A stretch of 47,743 bases of DNA from an uncultured Ktedonobacteraceae bacterium (GCA_964250365.1 CAXUGH010000006.1:2157-49899); one strand, 5' to 3'. Shown: positions 28,805 to 37,115, numbered from the stretch's first letter. The notes: generated by a model not told the origin, from the sequence alone. Made by a program: numbers and translations.

Positions 28805-28880
28805 AGAGCGCGTTCCTCCAGTGTAATAATCAGTTACTTTCATATACAAAAACTTAGAAGAAAGAATACGTTCATTTTGA

Positions 28881-29597
28881 CTAGACTCCCGTTGTGAGAA
28901 TGAAAACCTTCAGCGTCTTCAAGAGAATCAGGCAATCCAGGAAGAATGAATACGTATCAATATAGCGCATATCAAGCGGAATACGTGCTTCGTAGTGGTT
29001 ATGCCGATCCGGGCTGATTTGCCATAGACCGGTAAGCCCTGGACGTACTGTACACCTCTTCTCCACATGAGTAGTGTACAGAATGAGTTCACGTTCATGA
29101 ATGGCGCGTGGACCTACAAATGACATGTGACCGAGCAGGATATTGAAAAGCTGGGGCAATTCATCCAGATAGGTCTTACGCAGGAATTTTCCCAAAGGTG
29201 TGACGCGAGGGTCGAGTTGCAACTTCATACTTTTCCGATATTCCAGATGCAGTTCGGGATGCATCTCTAAATAAGTATCTGCGTTCGGAATCATCGTCCT
29301 GAACTTGAAAATGGTAAAAGACCGACCATGTAACCCTACCATTTCCCTAAAGTAGAGAATGGAACCACCATCATGTAACTTCACGCAAGCAGCAATAATA
29401 AGAAATACAGGAAATAGTAACACTATCCCAACAATAGAAAATACAATATCAAACACTCGTTTTATGACGAGATAGTATCGAAGAGAAGAAGGAAGAGAGA
29501 TAGCAATGCTTGTAACATTTTTATCCATTGCGCTATCTTCTGTTGCAAGAGACACCGCTGTATCTTCTTCCATGTTACTTGTGTCTACGCTGTCCAC
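28881..29597 (-). CDS. Small monotopic phosphoglycosyl transferase (bacterial sugar transferase, PglC/WbaP C-terminal-domain type)
   Basis: KRVFDIVFSIVGIVLLFPVFLII re-entrant helix, FKFRTM and DELPQLFNILLGHMSFVGPRA. GTG start with AAGGAGG 6 nt upstream. Confidence 0.9.
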   Translation of the reverse strand: MDSVDTSNMEEDTAVSLATEDSAMDKNVTSIAISLPSSLRYYLVIKRVFDIVFSIVGIVLLFPVFLIIAACVKLHDGGSILYFREMVGLHGRSFTIFKFRTMIPNADTYLEMHPELHLEYRKSMKLQLDPRVTPLGKFLRKTYLDELPQLFNILLGHMSFVGPRAIHERELILYTTHVEKRCTVRPGLTGLWQISPDRHNHYEARIPLDMRYIDTYSFFLDCLILLKTLKVFILTTGV

Positions 29598-29612
29598 ACG
29601 CTACCTCCTTGT

Positions 29613-30710
29613 CTAGCCGCGCAGGGTAAGTACTTCCTTTACAATCGTTGAGAGGTCTTCCGCACTTAATGCGGGATGCACAGGTAAAGATAGGACTTGT
29701 TGTGCCACGCATTCAGTCACAGAAAGCTGTGTACCATCTGTACTCAGCACGCGAAACAAATCGGGATGCTCCTGATAGAATGGCTGTCGATAAATTGGTA
29801 TTGGATAATGAACGGCGGTGCCAATTCCGCGTTCTTGTAAGGTTGCTATCCATACATTTCGTTGCTCAGGAACTCGGATCGTGTACTGATGAAAAACATG
29901 AAGGTGCCCTGGACGTACAATGGGAGTTTGCAAGAAATCGCGTAAATGACTTGTCAGAAAGTGTGCATTGGAAATACGTTTCTCTGTAAATTGCGGCAAC
30001 TTCTCAAGCTGAACAATACCTATCGCGGCCTGTATCTCCGTCATACGCAGGTTATATCCCTGTATCACCTGATGGTAACGTGACTCTTGCCCGTGATTAC
30101 GGAGGAGGCGTACATGCTCGGCAATAGCGATATCATTTGTTGTCACCATGCCGCCTTCGCCCGTTGTCATGTTTTTTGTGGCGTAGAACGAGAAGCAACC
30201 AGTACCAAAACTGCCTGTTTTCTTCCCGTCAATGGAAGCTGCATGAGCCTGACACGCATCCTCGATGAGAGATAGCGAATACGTTTCAGCCAAGTCCTCC
30301 AATGGCTTCATGTTACACGGATTGCCATAGAGATGTACCGGCATAATCGCCTTTGTACGTGATGTTAGCGCGTTCTTAACCTGAAGAGGATCGATATTGT
30401 AGGTATCTGGCTCGATATCGACAAATACTGGTGTTGCGCCTACATGAAGTATAGCGTTAGCGGTAGCAGAAAAACTGAATGCTGTAGTAATAACTTCGTC
30501 ACCAGGACCGACTCCGTGTGCGAGTAGTGCGAGAAAGAGGGCAGCCGTTCCAGAAGAGACCGCGATAGCCTCTTTCACTTGACATAGTTCTGCAAAACGT
30601 TGCTCGAACAGTGCAACATTTTGTCCTTGAGCTAGCTGACCGGATGCAAGGACGCGACGAGCTGCGTCCTCTTCTTCTATACCCAAAAGAGGTTGAGCAA
30701 TGGAAATCAC
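29613..30710 (-). CDS. DegT/DnrJ/EryC1/StrS family PLP-dependent sugar aminotransferase (WbpE-like)
   Basis: GDEVITTAFSFSATANA and FSFYATKNMTTGEGG (PLP-Lys) motifs. The GTG 30710 start gives the family-typical N-terminus (V/M)ISIAQPLLG; the ORF-track ATG 30788 would add 26 aa. Confidence 0.85.
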   Translation of the reverse strand: MISIAQPLLGIEEEDAARRVLASGQLAQGQNVALFEQRFAELCQVKEAIAVSSGTAALFLALLAHGVGPGDEVITTAFSFSATANAILHVGATPVFVDIEPDTYNIDPLQVKNALTSRTKAIMPVHLYGNPCNMKPLEDLAETYSLSLIEDACQAHAASIDGKKTGSFGTGCFSFYATKNMTTGEGGMVTTNDIAIAEHVRLLRNHGQESRYHQVIQGYNLRMTEIQAAIGIVQLEKLPQFTEKRISNAHFLTSHLRDFLQTPIVRPGHLHVFHQYTIRVPEQRNVWIATLQERGIGTAVHYPIPIYRQPFYQEHPDLFRVLSTDGTQLSVTECVAQQVLSLPVHPALSAEDLSTIVKEVLTLRG

Positions 30711-31047
30711 AGAAGTTTTTCCCCCCAGAAAATACTGTAAGTTCGTTCTTCCCGAAAAACATCTTTTATTAGAGACGTGTTTGTGCAACGAACATAGAGA
30801 ATCGAAAAGTACTACTTAAAGAACAAAAGTTACATCGTCAAATTGGCAGACTTGACGATTTTTCTCTTTCCATAGTGAAACACAACACATTGGGGGGGTA
30901 ATGCATCATGCAGCGTTACGTTCGACAAAAGGTCGTATCAGAAATGTGTAGGGATAAGCAGGAAATTCCACGTTCCCCAACGCGGATGCCTGGCTAAGTA
31001 ATTGTCCACTTCTAATCCTATTCATGACCATATTTCAATACGTAAAT

Positions 31048-31076
31048 ATAATAGTATATTTATTTTCATTTGTCAA
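31048..31076 (-). promoter_or_regulatory. Candidate sigma70-type promoter for the polysaccharide operon
   Basis: Minus strand: TTGACA (31076-31071), 17-nt spacer, TATTAT (31053-31048). It lies in AT-rich DNA, so a chance match is possible. It would give a leader of about 250-330 nt. Confidence 0.3.
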
Positions 31077-31132
31077 CTATAATAAGGATGAAGTTGAGTA
31101 ACCCTTTTCAGGAAGAGATCACAACCTTGTGT

Positions 31133-31161
31133 TTGACAAACATTTTTCTTTTGCTTACAAT
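31133..31161 (+). promoter_or_regulatory. Candidate sigma70-type promoter of the acetyltransferase gene
   Basis: TTGACA (31133-31138), 17-nt spacer, TACAAT (31156-31161), about 48 nt upstream of ATG 31209. Confidence 0.5.
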
Positions 31162-31208
31162 CGGGAGCATCTTCTTTGAAGATGCATTTTATTTGAAAGT
31201 ATAAACAA

Positions 31209-31805
31209 ATGAGCAATAATTTCTACATCCATCCAACGGCGGAGGTATCCACACAAGCACATATAGGGTCAGGCACACGTATCTGGCGACAGGTACATGT
31301 ACGAGATGGAGCGCAGATTGGAGAAGAATGCAATATCGGTGGTGGTGTCTACATTGACGTACATGTGCAGATTGGTTCGCGCGTCAAGATTCAGAATAAC
31401 ACCTCGGTTTTTGAGGGTGTGACAATTGAGGACGGTGTGTTCGTTGGACCTCATGTCTGCTTTACCAATGACCTGCTACCACGAGCAATTACACCTGACG
31501 GTAGGCTCAAGGCTGCAACAGATTGGCAGGTTACGCCAACACTCGTTCAGTATGGTGCCTCCATTGGAGCTGGCTCAGTTATTGTTTGCGGTGTGACAAT
31601 AGGCACATTCGCCCTAGTTGGAGCAGGCTCTGTGGTAACAAAGGATGTACCACCGCACGCACTTATGTTCGGAAATCCTGCGCGATTGCATAGCTATGTC
31701 TGTCGCTGTGCGCGTCGATTGTCCAACATCCATGAAGAAGGAAAGGCACTTGTTGGAGAGTGCGAGACATGCAGTAAGCACTATTCGCTCAAGGAGAATT
31801 ATTGA
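31209..31805 (+). CDS. Hexapeptide-repeat (left-handed beta-helix) N-acetyltransferase, WbpD-like
   Basis: [20 protein letters not shown]...[22 protein letters not shown]...[34 protein letters not shown] aligns, from memory, with P. aeruginosa WbpD. Has a C-terminal Cys pair region (CRC...CETC). Confidence 0.9.
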   Translation: MSNNFYIHPTAEVSTQAHIGSGTRIWRQVHVRDGAQIGEECNIGGGVYIDVHVQIGSRVKIQNNTSVFEGVTIEDGVFVGPHVCFTNDLLPRAITPDGRLKAATDWQVTPTLVQYGASIGAGSVIVCGVTIGTFALVGAGSVVTKDVPPHALMFGNPARLHSYVCRCARRLSNIHEEGKALVGECETCSKHYSLKENY

Positions 31806-31865
31806 AAAAGCGAAGCATAGGTTTTAATCTCGTTTATTCATTGTATTCTAACTACCGAAGAAGCG

Positions 31866-31930
31866 TTGCACAGATCAGCCCTTCCAACATGCTACTTTTA
31901 TACTAAAGCATAAAAAGCTGATCTGTGCAA
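31866..31930. terminator. Hairpin between convergent genes (bidirectional terminator candidate)
   Basis: TTGCACAGATCAGC (31866-31879) pairs perfectly with GCTGATCTGTGCAA (31917-31930). The 37-nt loop contains a nested ATGCT/AGCAT stem. Confidence 0.5.
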
Positions 31931-32010
31931 TTGTTTCTAGGAGCTTTAGACCGGTACTACAATGGTGTTCAACAAGTTGCCTTGCTTAGAATGCCTTGCA
32001 TTAGTGGTCT

Positions 32011-32877
32011 CTAATGGACTTGCCGCTCTTTGATAGAGCGAATGTAGCGATTTAACTTACGAATAGTTTCCTCTACATTCGGTTGGATAAAATCGAACTC
32101 TGGTAGGTTAGGCAAATGATCCAGAGGAAGGGAACGAATGGTAACGCTCACGTTGCGCCCATTCGCATCGAGGCAAAAACTTCTTGTACGATACATATGT
32201 TCCACATCATCAATCTCTACAATTTCATTCTCATCTACTTTTTGCAAGGCACCAACACTATCATAAAAGTATGTGCTGATACTTTGACCGCTATCTCTAT
32301 GGTTTACCGTATTGATTGTTAACCGTATCATAATGATGCGATGTTCGAGTGGCAAGACATAGGTATAAATGTTGACGCTGTAACGCATCATACCATCCTT
32401 GCCCAGTTTCCAGAGGATATCTTGCTTGAGATGTTGCTTGGCATCTTTCGCTCCTGGAACAGCGTATCCTCGTACAACCAGAAGACGTTCACGCTCCCTA
32501 GGAGTAAGGTCTTCCAAATCTTCTTCCTGCAACGCCTTCTCTAATCCATTCTTCGCCTTTCTATCGATCCAAATATCGTATTGGAGGTCGCTTGGAGTCT
32601 GCATCCCAAAGCGTACCATAAGCCATAGAGTACTGCCAACGATAAAACAGCACAATGCGGCGAGTAAAAACCATTTCATATTTCCTAGCCAGATGAAACC
32701 TAGTACGACGCTAGCGAAGCACAAAACAAAAGCAATACGTAGTGCATAAATTTTGCTCGTATCGTCTTTTGTAAAGTAGGCTCGCATCTGATCGTCAGTA
32801 AATTCGCGATATACTGCACTAGAAACTTTGGAAATCACAAAGGGAATTGATCCCTGAACACTTCGTCGAAATTGCAT
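32011..32877 (-). CDS. Hypothetical 2-TM membrane protein with a ~200-aa cytoplasmic alpha/beta C-domain
   Basis: TM hairpin IYALRIAFVLCFASVVLGFIWLG / WFLLAALCCFIVGSTLWLMVRFG. Start at ATG 32877 (AAGGAG 7 nt upstream). No family recognised. Confidence 0.65.
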   Translation of the reverse strand: MQFRRSVQGSIPFVISKVSSAVYREFTDDQMRAYFTKDDTSKIYALRIAFVLCFASVVLGFIWLGNMKWFLLAALCCFIVGSTLWLMVRFGMQTPSDLQYDIWIDRKAKNGLEKALQEEDLEDLTPRERERLLVVRGYAVPGAKDAKQHLKQDILWKLGKDGMMRYSVNIYTYVLPLEHRIIMIRLTINTVNHRDSGQSISTYFYDSVGALQKVDENEIVEIDDVEHMYRTRSFCLDANGRNVSVTIRSLPLDHLPNLPEFDFIQPNVEETIRKLNRYIRSIKERQVH

Positions 32878-32905
32878 AAGAAAACTCCTTCCATTGGTTG
32901 CGAAA

Positions 32906-33766
32906 CTAATTCCACCAACCTTGTGCATCCTGCATCAAGCGCGGTTGACAAGAATAGAGAATGTCTATGTACTCCTGGTCTTGTGATGTGAAAGAGATAG
33001 AACGCAACTGTTCTATGAGTTCGTCAGCATCGTCATAAAGGTGTGAATGCCCATTCCAACCGTAGTCCTGTTTGATGACAGCGAGTACGTAAAGGTAAGC
33101 CCAGGAAACGTGCAATGTATTAGCAGACTGCAATAGTTGGGTAGTTCGACAAAATGTTTGATAGTTTGCATGACGAGGGCGTTTGCCTCGAAAAAGTGCT
33201 AATGCCAGCAATGCACGTACCTGTGCAGACGCTGCAAGATGTTGTTTCTCTGTCAACAAATGAAGGGACTTTTCAAGGTGAGAAATTGCTAGGTCGTATT
33301 CACCTCTTTGGAGGGCATCCCGTCCATCTTGCAGCCCTTGCATCCCCACTGTTACTTTATCTTCCTGCACATGTGTAGTATTGACGATGGTGCCGAGGTT
33401 GACACCATTGACAGAACCATAAGCATTTCCATGATGTTGAACGCTAACAAGGCTACTTGCACCTGTATTAGTCTGTTGTAGGTCTGTTAGCAATCGTTGT
33501 GCCATTTCGTAGGCAGTTGTGTCTTGAGCAAGTCCAGCCTTACTGAGAGTGTCGCGTAAAGGCTTTTCCCATGTATCCTGGTCTTGTTGATATTCGTCCA
33601 GCACAAGCAACGATTTGCGTGCATCAGCTTTGCTTGTCAAAACCTTACGAATATGTTTCACCAACGCCTCCAACTCGTCTTTTATTGTATCGCTGATAGC
33701 ACCTTGACTACCTGTTGCCAAAGCACCACCGATTGCCGTGAGGATGAGATTGATGACATCTGTCAA
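32906..33766 (-). CDS. Hypothetical protein: Gly-rich N-terminal helix, TPR-like C-terminal half
   Basis: TTG start at 33766 with AGGAG 7 nt upstream. N-terminus LILTAIGGALATGSQGAIS. TPR-like GRDALQRGEYDLAISHLEKSLHLL...ALLALALF. Confidence 0.6.
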   Translation of the reverse strand: MTDVINLILTAIGGALATGSQGAISDTIKDELEALVKHIRKVLTSKADARKSLLVLDEYQQDQDTWEKPLRDTLSKAGLAQDTTAYEMAQRLLTDLQQTNTGASSLVSVQHHGNAYGSVNGVNLGTIVNTTHVQEDKVTVGMQGLQDGRDALQRGEYDLAISHLEKSLHLLTEKQHLAASAQVRALLALALFRGKRPRHANYQTFCRTTQLLQSANTLHVSWAYLYVLAVIKQDYGWNGHSHLYDDADELIEQLRSISFTSQDQEYIDILYSCQPRLMQDAQGWWN

Positions 33767-33827
33767 AATTTTTCTCCTTTAGTGAAGCCAATGAACAAGA
33801 TGGTAAAAAAAAGAGTACTGCCAAACG

Positions 33828-34367
33828 CTAGGCAATACGAATATATTCGTACTCAACGCCCCCACTACTAGCACTCTGCTCCCGACGTAGGATATAACCT
33901 TCACTCCAAAGCTGTTTGAGTTTGTTACTTGCATTAGGAACTCTCAGACCAAGGACACTAGCAGCCTCACTTGTATATGCAACTGGAACCAAGAGGACAT
34001 AATATAACATGTCTCGTAGTCCAGCACTTGGTTCTGGCCCTATAATAGAGTACTTCCCATTTGACTCACAAACAGTGATAGGTTGCTCCTGTCTGCGAGC
34101 TGCTGCATCCCAGTTCTCTAGCAAATCGGGGTCTTCGATATGACTAATACAAAATCCTTTCTTTCCACGGTAGCTTTTGGCTAGCTCAATAACAGATGTT
34201 CGTGGAAATGTGATATCTGTCTGCTCAATGCCATCTAACGAGATGGAAAGAATTTGTTCGTTAGGATGATCCTCTATCAACGCTTGGAGTTTATCACGAA
34301 CTTGACGGCCTAAAGTGTGCCCCCAACCGTCGGAGCGTCCCATTATGTCTCGCAAGCGTATCTGCAT
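33828..34367 (-). CDS. STAS-like (DUF4325-type) domain protein with a C-terminal winged-helix
   Basis: GHTLGRQVRDKLQALIEDHPNEQILSISLDGIEQTDITFPRTSVIELAKSY fits the DUF4325/STAS-like pattern (from memory). C-terminus SEAASVLGLRVPNASNKLKQLWSEGYILRRE is wHTH-like. ATG 34367 has AAGGAG 7 nt upstream. Confidence 0.55.
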   Translation of the reverse strand: MQIRLRDIMGRSDGWGHTLGRQVRDKLQALIEDHPNEQILSISLDGIEQTDITFPRTSVIELAKSYRGKKGFCISHIEDPDLLENWDAAARRQEQPITVCESNGKYSIIGPEPSAGLRDMLYYVLLVPVAYTSEAASVLGLRVPNASNKLKQLWSEGYILRREQSASSGGVEYEYIRIA

Positions 34368-34401
34368 CTCTATCTCCTTCACTAAATCTAGTGTAGCAGA
34401 T

Positions 34402-35319
34402 TTAGCGAGAAGTGTCAAGAGGAAATGAGAAACAGATATGCGTTCCTGCTAAGGGAACCAAATGTTCTTGGTAAGACGCACGAAGGGAACGATTATCTGA
34501 AGAAGTAAGGTGTACGCTACATGTTTCAAGCCGAATGGTAACGCTTCCAGTAAGCTTTAAGGCTTTCCTGCCACACTCTTCTAATCCTTGCCCTGCACCT
34601 CCATGTTGCCATGAAAGCGTTCCCTGAAAAAGTTGACGTAGCGTCTCGGTATCATTTAGCGATGTTGAACTAAGAAGCTTAGGGCGTAGCGTTGTGAGTA
34701 AACCCACCCCGCTATCTGATACGACTACGAGTACTCGCCCTCCTTGCTGATAGACTTGTAGCGCGGCAGAGCCATTCAATACAGTCTGGCTATGTCCATA
34801 GATATTATTGACGAGTTCGGCAAAAGTTGTATAAGCTGTATGACCGAAGTGTTCTGCGTCAGGACGTTTTCCCATAGCTATTTCGAGTGCTTGTGCAAGC
34901 TGTTTAGGGATATCGTCATCTTGCTGATTGTGTAGGGGATGGATGCTTCTAAACTCGACTAGACCTCGGTTTTGTCCTTGATAGCGTTTTACTTCCGACC
35001 CGTCTGGACGATGTGGGTGAACTCGAACTTGCTCGGCAAGTAGAGAGAAAAAATTAGCACGATTCAGGTAATTCATCGCCTTGTGCGATTGTCCTTCAAA
35101 GAGCAAGGTCACTTGCTGCCCTCTCGCCACACTTTGATTTGCAAATGAAAGGAGCCGTACTGCAGCATCAACCATAATTTTGCATGAAGGTGGAAAGCGA
35201 AAAAGAAAACTCTCTGAATTTTCCAGAGATGTTGGGTTTGTCTTATATGTCTGTCTGAATGCTTGTTCAAATTCGTTTCCTGTCGCCCATCCATTGGAAA
35301 GTAACACAACACGTTCCAT
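34402..35319 (-). CDS. GHKL-superfamily ATPase (RsbW/SpoIIAB-like HATPase_c) with an unknown N-terminal domain
   Basis: N-box ELVNNIYGHS, G1 VVVSDSGVGL, G2 GGAGQGLEE. ATG 35319 has GGAGGA 6 nt upstream, overlapping the upstream stop. Confidence 0.65.
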   Translation of the reverse strand: MERVVLLSNGWATGNEFEQAFRQTYKTNPTSLENSESFLFRFPPSCKIMVDAAVRLLSFANQSVARGQQVTLLFEGQSHKAMNYLNRANFFSLLAEQVRVHPHRPDGSEVKRYQGQNRGLVEFRSIHPLHNQQDDDIPKQLAQALEIAMGKRPDAEHFGHTAYTTFAELVNNIYGHSQTVLNGSAALQVYQQGGRVLVVVSDSGVGLLTTLRPKLLSSTSLNDTETLRQLFQGTLSWQHGGAGQGLEECGRKALKLTGSVTIRLETCSVHLTSSDNRSLRASYQEHLVPLAGTHICFSFPLDTSR

Positions 35320-35329
35320 AACGATCCTC

Positions 35330-35884
35330 CTAGATAGCATGTCCTCGATACATCTGCCACCATCGGTACAGATAATGGCTCTTGTCTGGCATATATTTAG
35401 CTCTCCTTTGCATATTGCTCAATCCGTCGCTAATAGCATCAAATGACGAGTTAGAAATATCAGCCCAATATTTGAAGAGATCGAGAGTAGTCATAATGTG
35501 AAGTTGCGACAGGTGTTGCTGAAAGAGCAAAATAGCGTCTTGGTCATCAATTACAAGTGTCCAGTTCCGATTGGATGCTATAGACGCTGCAAATGCTTCA
35601 CTATTCCCCAACTTTCCATTACTCACATAGGCTAAATTGATGACGGTTTCTTGCTCACGTTCACTTTCGACATCTACAAAAGAGAATAGTTTTTTATCAA
35701 GCGGTATTTGCAAATCAGTCAATGTAATATTGCCATTGTTGGTACGCACTTCTTTGTCGCGCACAATTGCTTTTTGTCCTGGCAGAACTTTCAGCACCGG
35801 TTCCATCACATTAGAAGCATGCAAGTTGACGATAGACCAAGCATCTATGATCGTATGGTCTCGCAAACGTGGGATATCACTCAT
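35330..35884 (-). CDS. PIN-like domain protein (tentative)
   Basis: TIIDAWSIVNL (first acidic strand) and LGNSEAFAASIASNRNWTLVIDDQDA...IMTTLDLF resemble the GEAEAIALA...LLIDD..AR...GTLGIL layout of COG2405/DUF3368-type PIN domains. The ATG overlaps the upstream stop (ATGAGTGA), with AGGAGGA 8 nt upstream. Confidence 0.45.
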   Translation of the reverse strand: MSDIPRLRDHTIIDAWSIVNLHASNVMEPVLKVLPGQKAIVRDKEVRTNNGNITLTDLQIPLDKKLFSFVDVESEREQETVINLAYVSNGKLGNSEAFAASIASNRNWTLVIDDQDAILLFQQHLSQLHIMTTLDLFKYWADISNSSFDAISDGLSNMQRRAKYMPDKSHYLYRWWQMYRGHAI

Positions 35885-37115
35885 GCCCTAAATCCTCCTG
35901 ACTATTGGGAGGTTCCTGTGGCTCCTGTGGGATTTGTTTTATCACGACATCAGTTTGAGCCGTGGTAGTACCATCTTGCTGAAATAGCTCAAGCATCTTT
36001 CTGGCCTCCCACCGATCAACCTCAAGAAACTGCGAGAATTGTGCCTCGCTAATCAAACCACTTTCTAATGCTTCAAGAGCAAGATACTGATAGCGAAGGG
36101 GATATTTTTGTTCTTGCACCACGATAGGAGCAAGTCCTAACTGTTCCTGTGCCTCACGTACTTTGAAGCCACTTGCTTTCAACTTCTCTGCGAAGCCTGT
36201 TGGTAGTAATCTCAAATCCTCTAGGCGTAGCAGCATTGCTTCAACTGAGACTCCATAGTAGTGAGCAAGGATTAGTAGGTCTCCCAACTTGACGCTCTCT
36301 TTCATTTTCCGAATGTCATTAAAGCGTTTGACAACACTGTTTGTTGGCATGAGAAAGAATGTCGCAAAGTCATCGGCAAGGCGTTCGCTTTCTGGCTTAC
36401 GCTGATAGGTATCATCACTGAAGACCGTTGGCTTCTGGCGATACGTCAGGAAATGCCCGTAGTCATGGGCTAGGGACCAACGACGCCGCTCTTCTGGATG
36501 ATTGCTATTAACGGCAATGCACCCTCCTACCTGTTCATCATACAAATAGATGGCAGAAAACTTCTTAGGCAATGGGTAATAAAAGACTCGTAAACCTACA
36601 TCCTGTTCCAGAATATCACGTAGTAATGGAATTTGTCCATTGTTCAATCCCAAACGAGTACGCTCCTCTATCGCAATATTTTCGGCTGCCTCACTTGTCG
36701 AGAGATTTCCCATTTCGTATACAGTAGGATAGCGACGGTTGAGCGGCGATTGCGTGATATGTTCGAGTTCATAATAATTGCGTGCTAAAAATTTAAGTTG
36801 CTCAACTGATGGCTCCACTAACTTGTTATCTTCTTCTGTTCGTAGCGAGGGGCCGCGAAACTGCGGTTGAGAGAGTGCGATATCAGGATGTGGACGCACT
36901 AAGTCTGTGATAGGCATATCGTATGCTTGTGCAAGTTTGATAAGTTCGCCCGCTTTGATACGACGCTCTCCCTTCTCTATAGAGGTCATCGTGGTACGAG
37001 CAACATCAATAAGCTTGGCGGCCTGTTCTTGCGTAAAGCCTTTTCTGATACGTGCCTGTTGCAGTTCACGCCCAAGCGTTTTCATGTCTATGGTATTCAG
37101 CACGCTGTAGTCCAT
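35877..37115 (-). CDS. Fused XRE-family HTH / ImmA-IrrE (COG2856) metallopeptidase-like protein
   Basis: N-terminus LGRELQQARIRKGFTQEQAAKLIDVARTTMTSIEKGERR (XRE HTH). Central WSLAHDYGHFL sits at the position of the HExxH motif. C-terminus LAHYYGVSVEAMLLRLEDL is typical of COG2856. Confidence 0.85.
   Translation of the reverse strand: MDYSVLNTIDMKTLGRELQQARIRKGFTQEQAAKLIDVARTTMTSIEKGERRIKAGELIKLAQAYDMPITDLVRPHPDIALSQPQFRGPSLRTEEDNKLVEPSVEQLKFLARNYYELEHITQSPLNRRYPTVYEMGNLSTSEAAENIAIEERTRLGLNNGQIPLLRDILEQDVGLRVFYYPLPKKFSAIYLYDEQVGGCIAVNSNHPEERRRWSLAHDYGHFLTYRQKPTVFSDDTYQRKPESERLADDFATFFLMPTNSVVKRFNDIRKMKESVKLGDLLILAHYYGVSVEAMLLRLEDLRLLPTGFAEKLKASGFKVREAQEQLGLAPIVVQEQKYPLRYQYLALEALESGLISEAQFSQFLEVDRWEARKMLELFQQDGTTTAQTDVVIKQIPQEPQEPPNSQEDLGHE

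Noticed and set aside
29648-29989. 113-aa + strand ORF inside the DegT aminotransferase gene (likewise 32399..32749 inside the 2-TM gene, and other <120-aa track ORFs)
   Set aside because: These are shadow ORFs antisense to CDSs with clear family motifs. They have no RBS and no recognisable domains.
30711-30788. 26-aa N-terminal extension of the aminotransferase (ATG 30788)
   Set aside because: DegT-family proteins normally begin a few residues before the I-x-x-A-x-P motif. GTG 30710 gives that N-terminus. This rests on family knowledge only, so ATG 30788 is not excluded.
31806-32010. Island borders (here and 39224..39487) searched for tRNA genes, att-like direct repeats, and integrase or transposase remnants
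   Set aside because: Nothing of the kind is visible by eye. Mobility of the island therefore rests only on composition and context, not on boundary elements.
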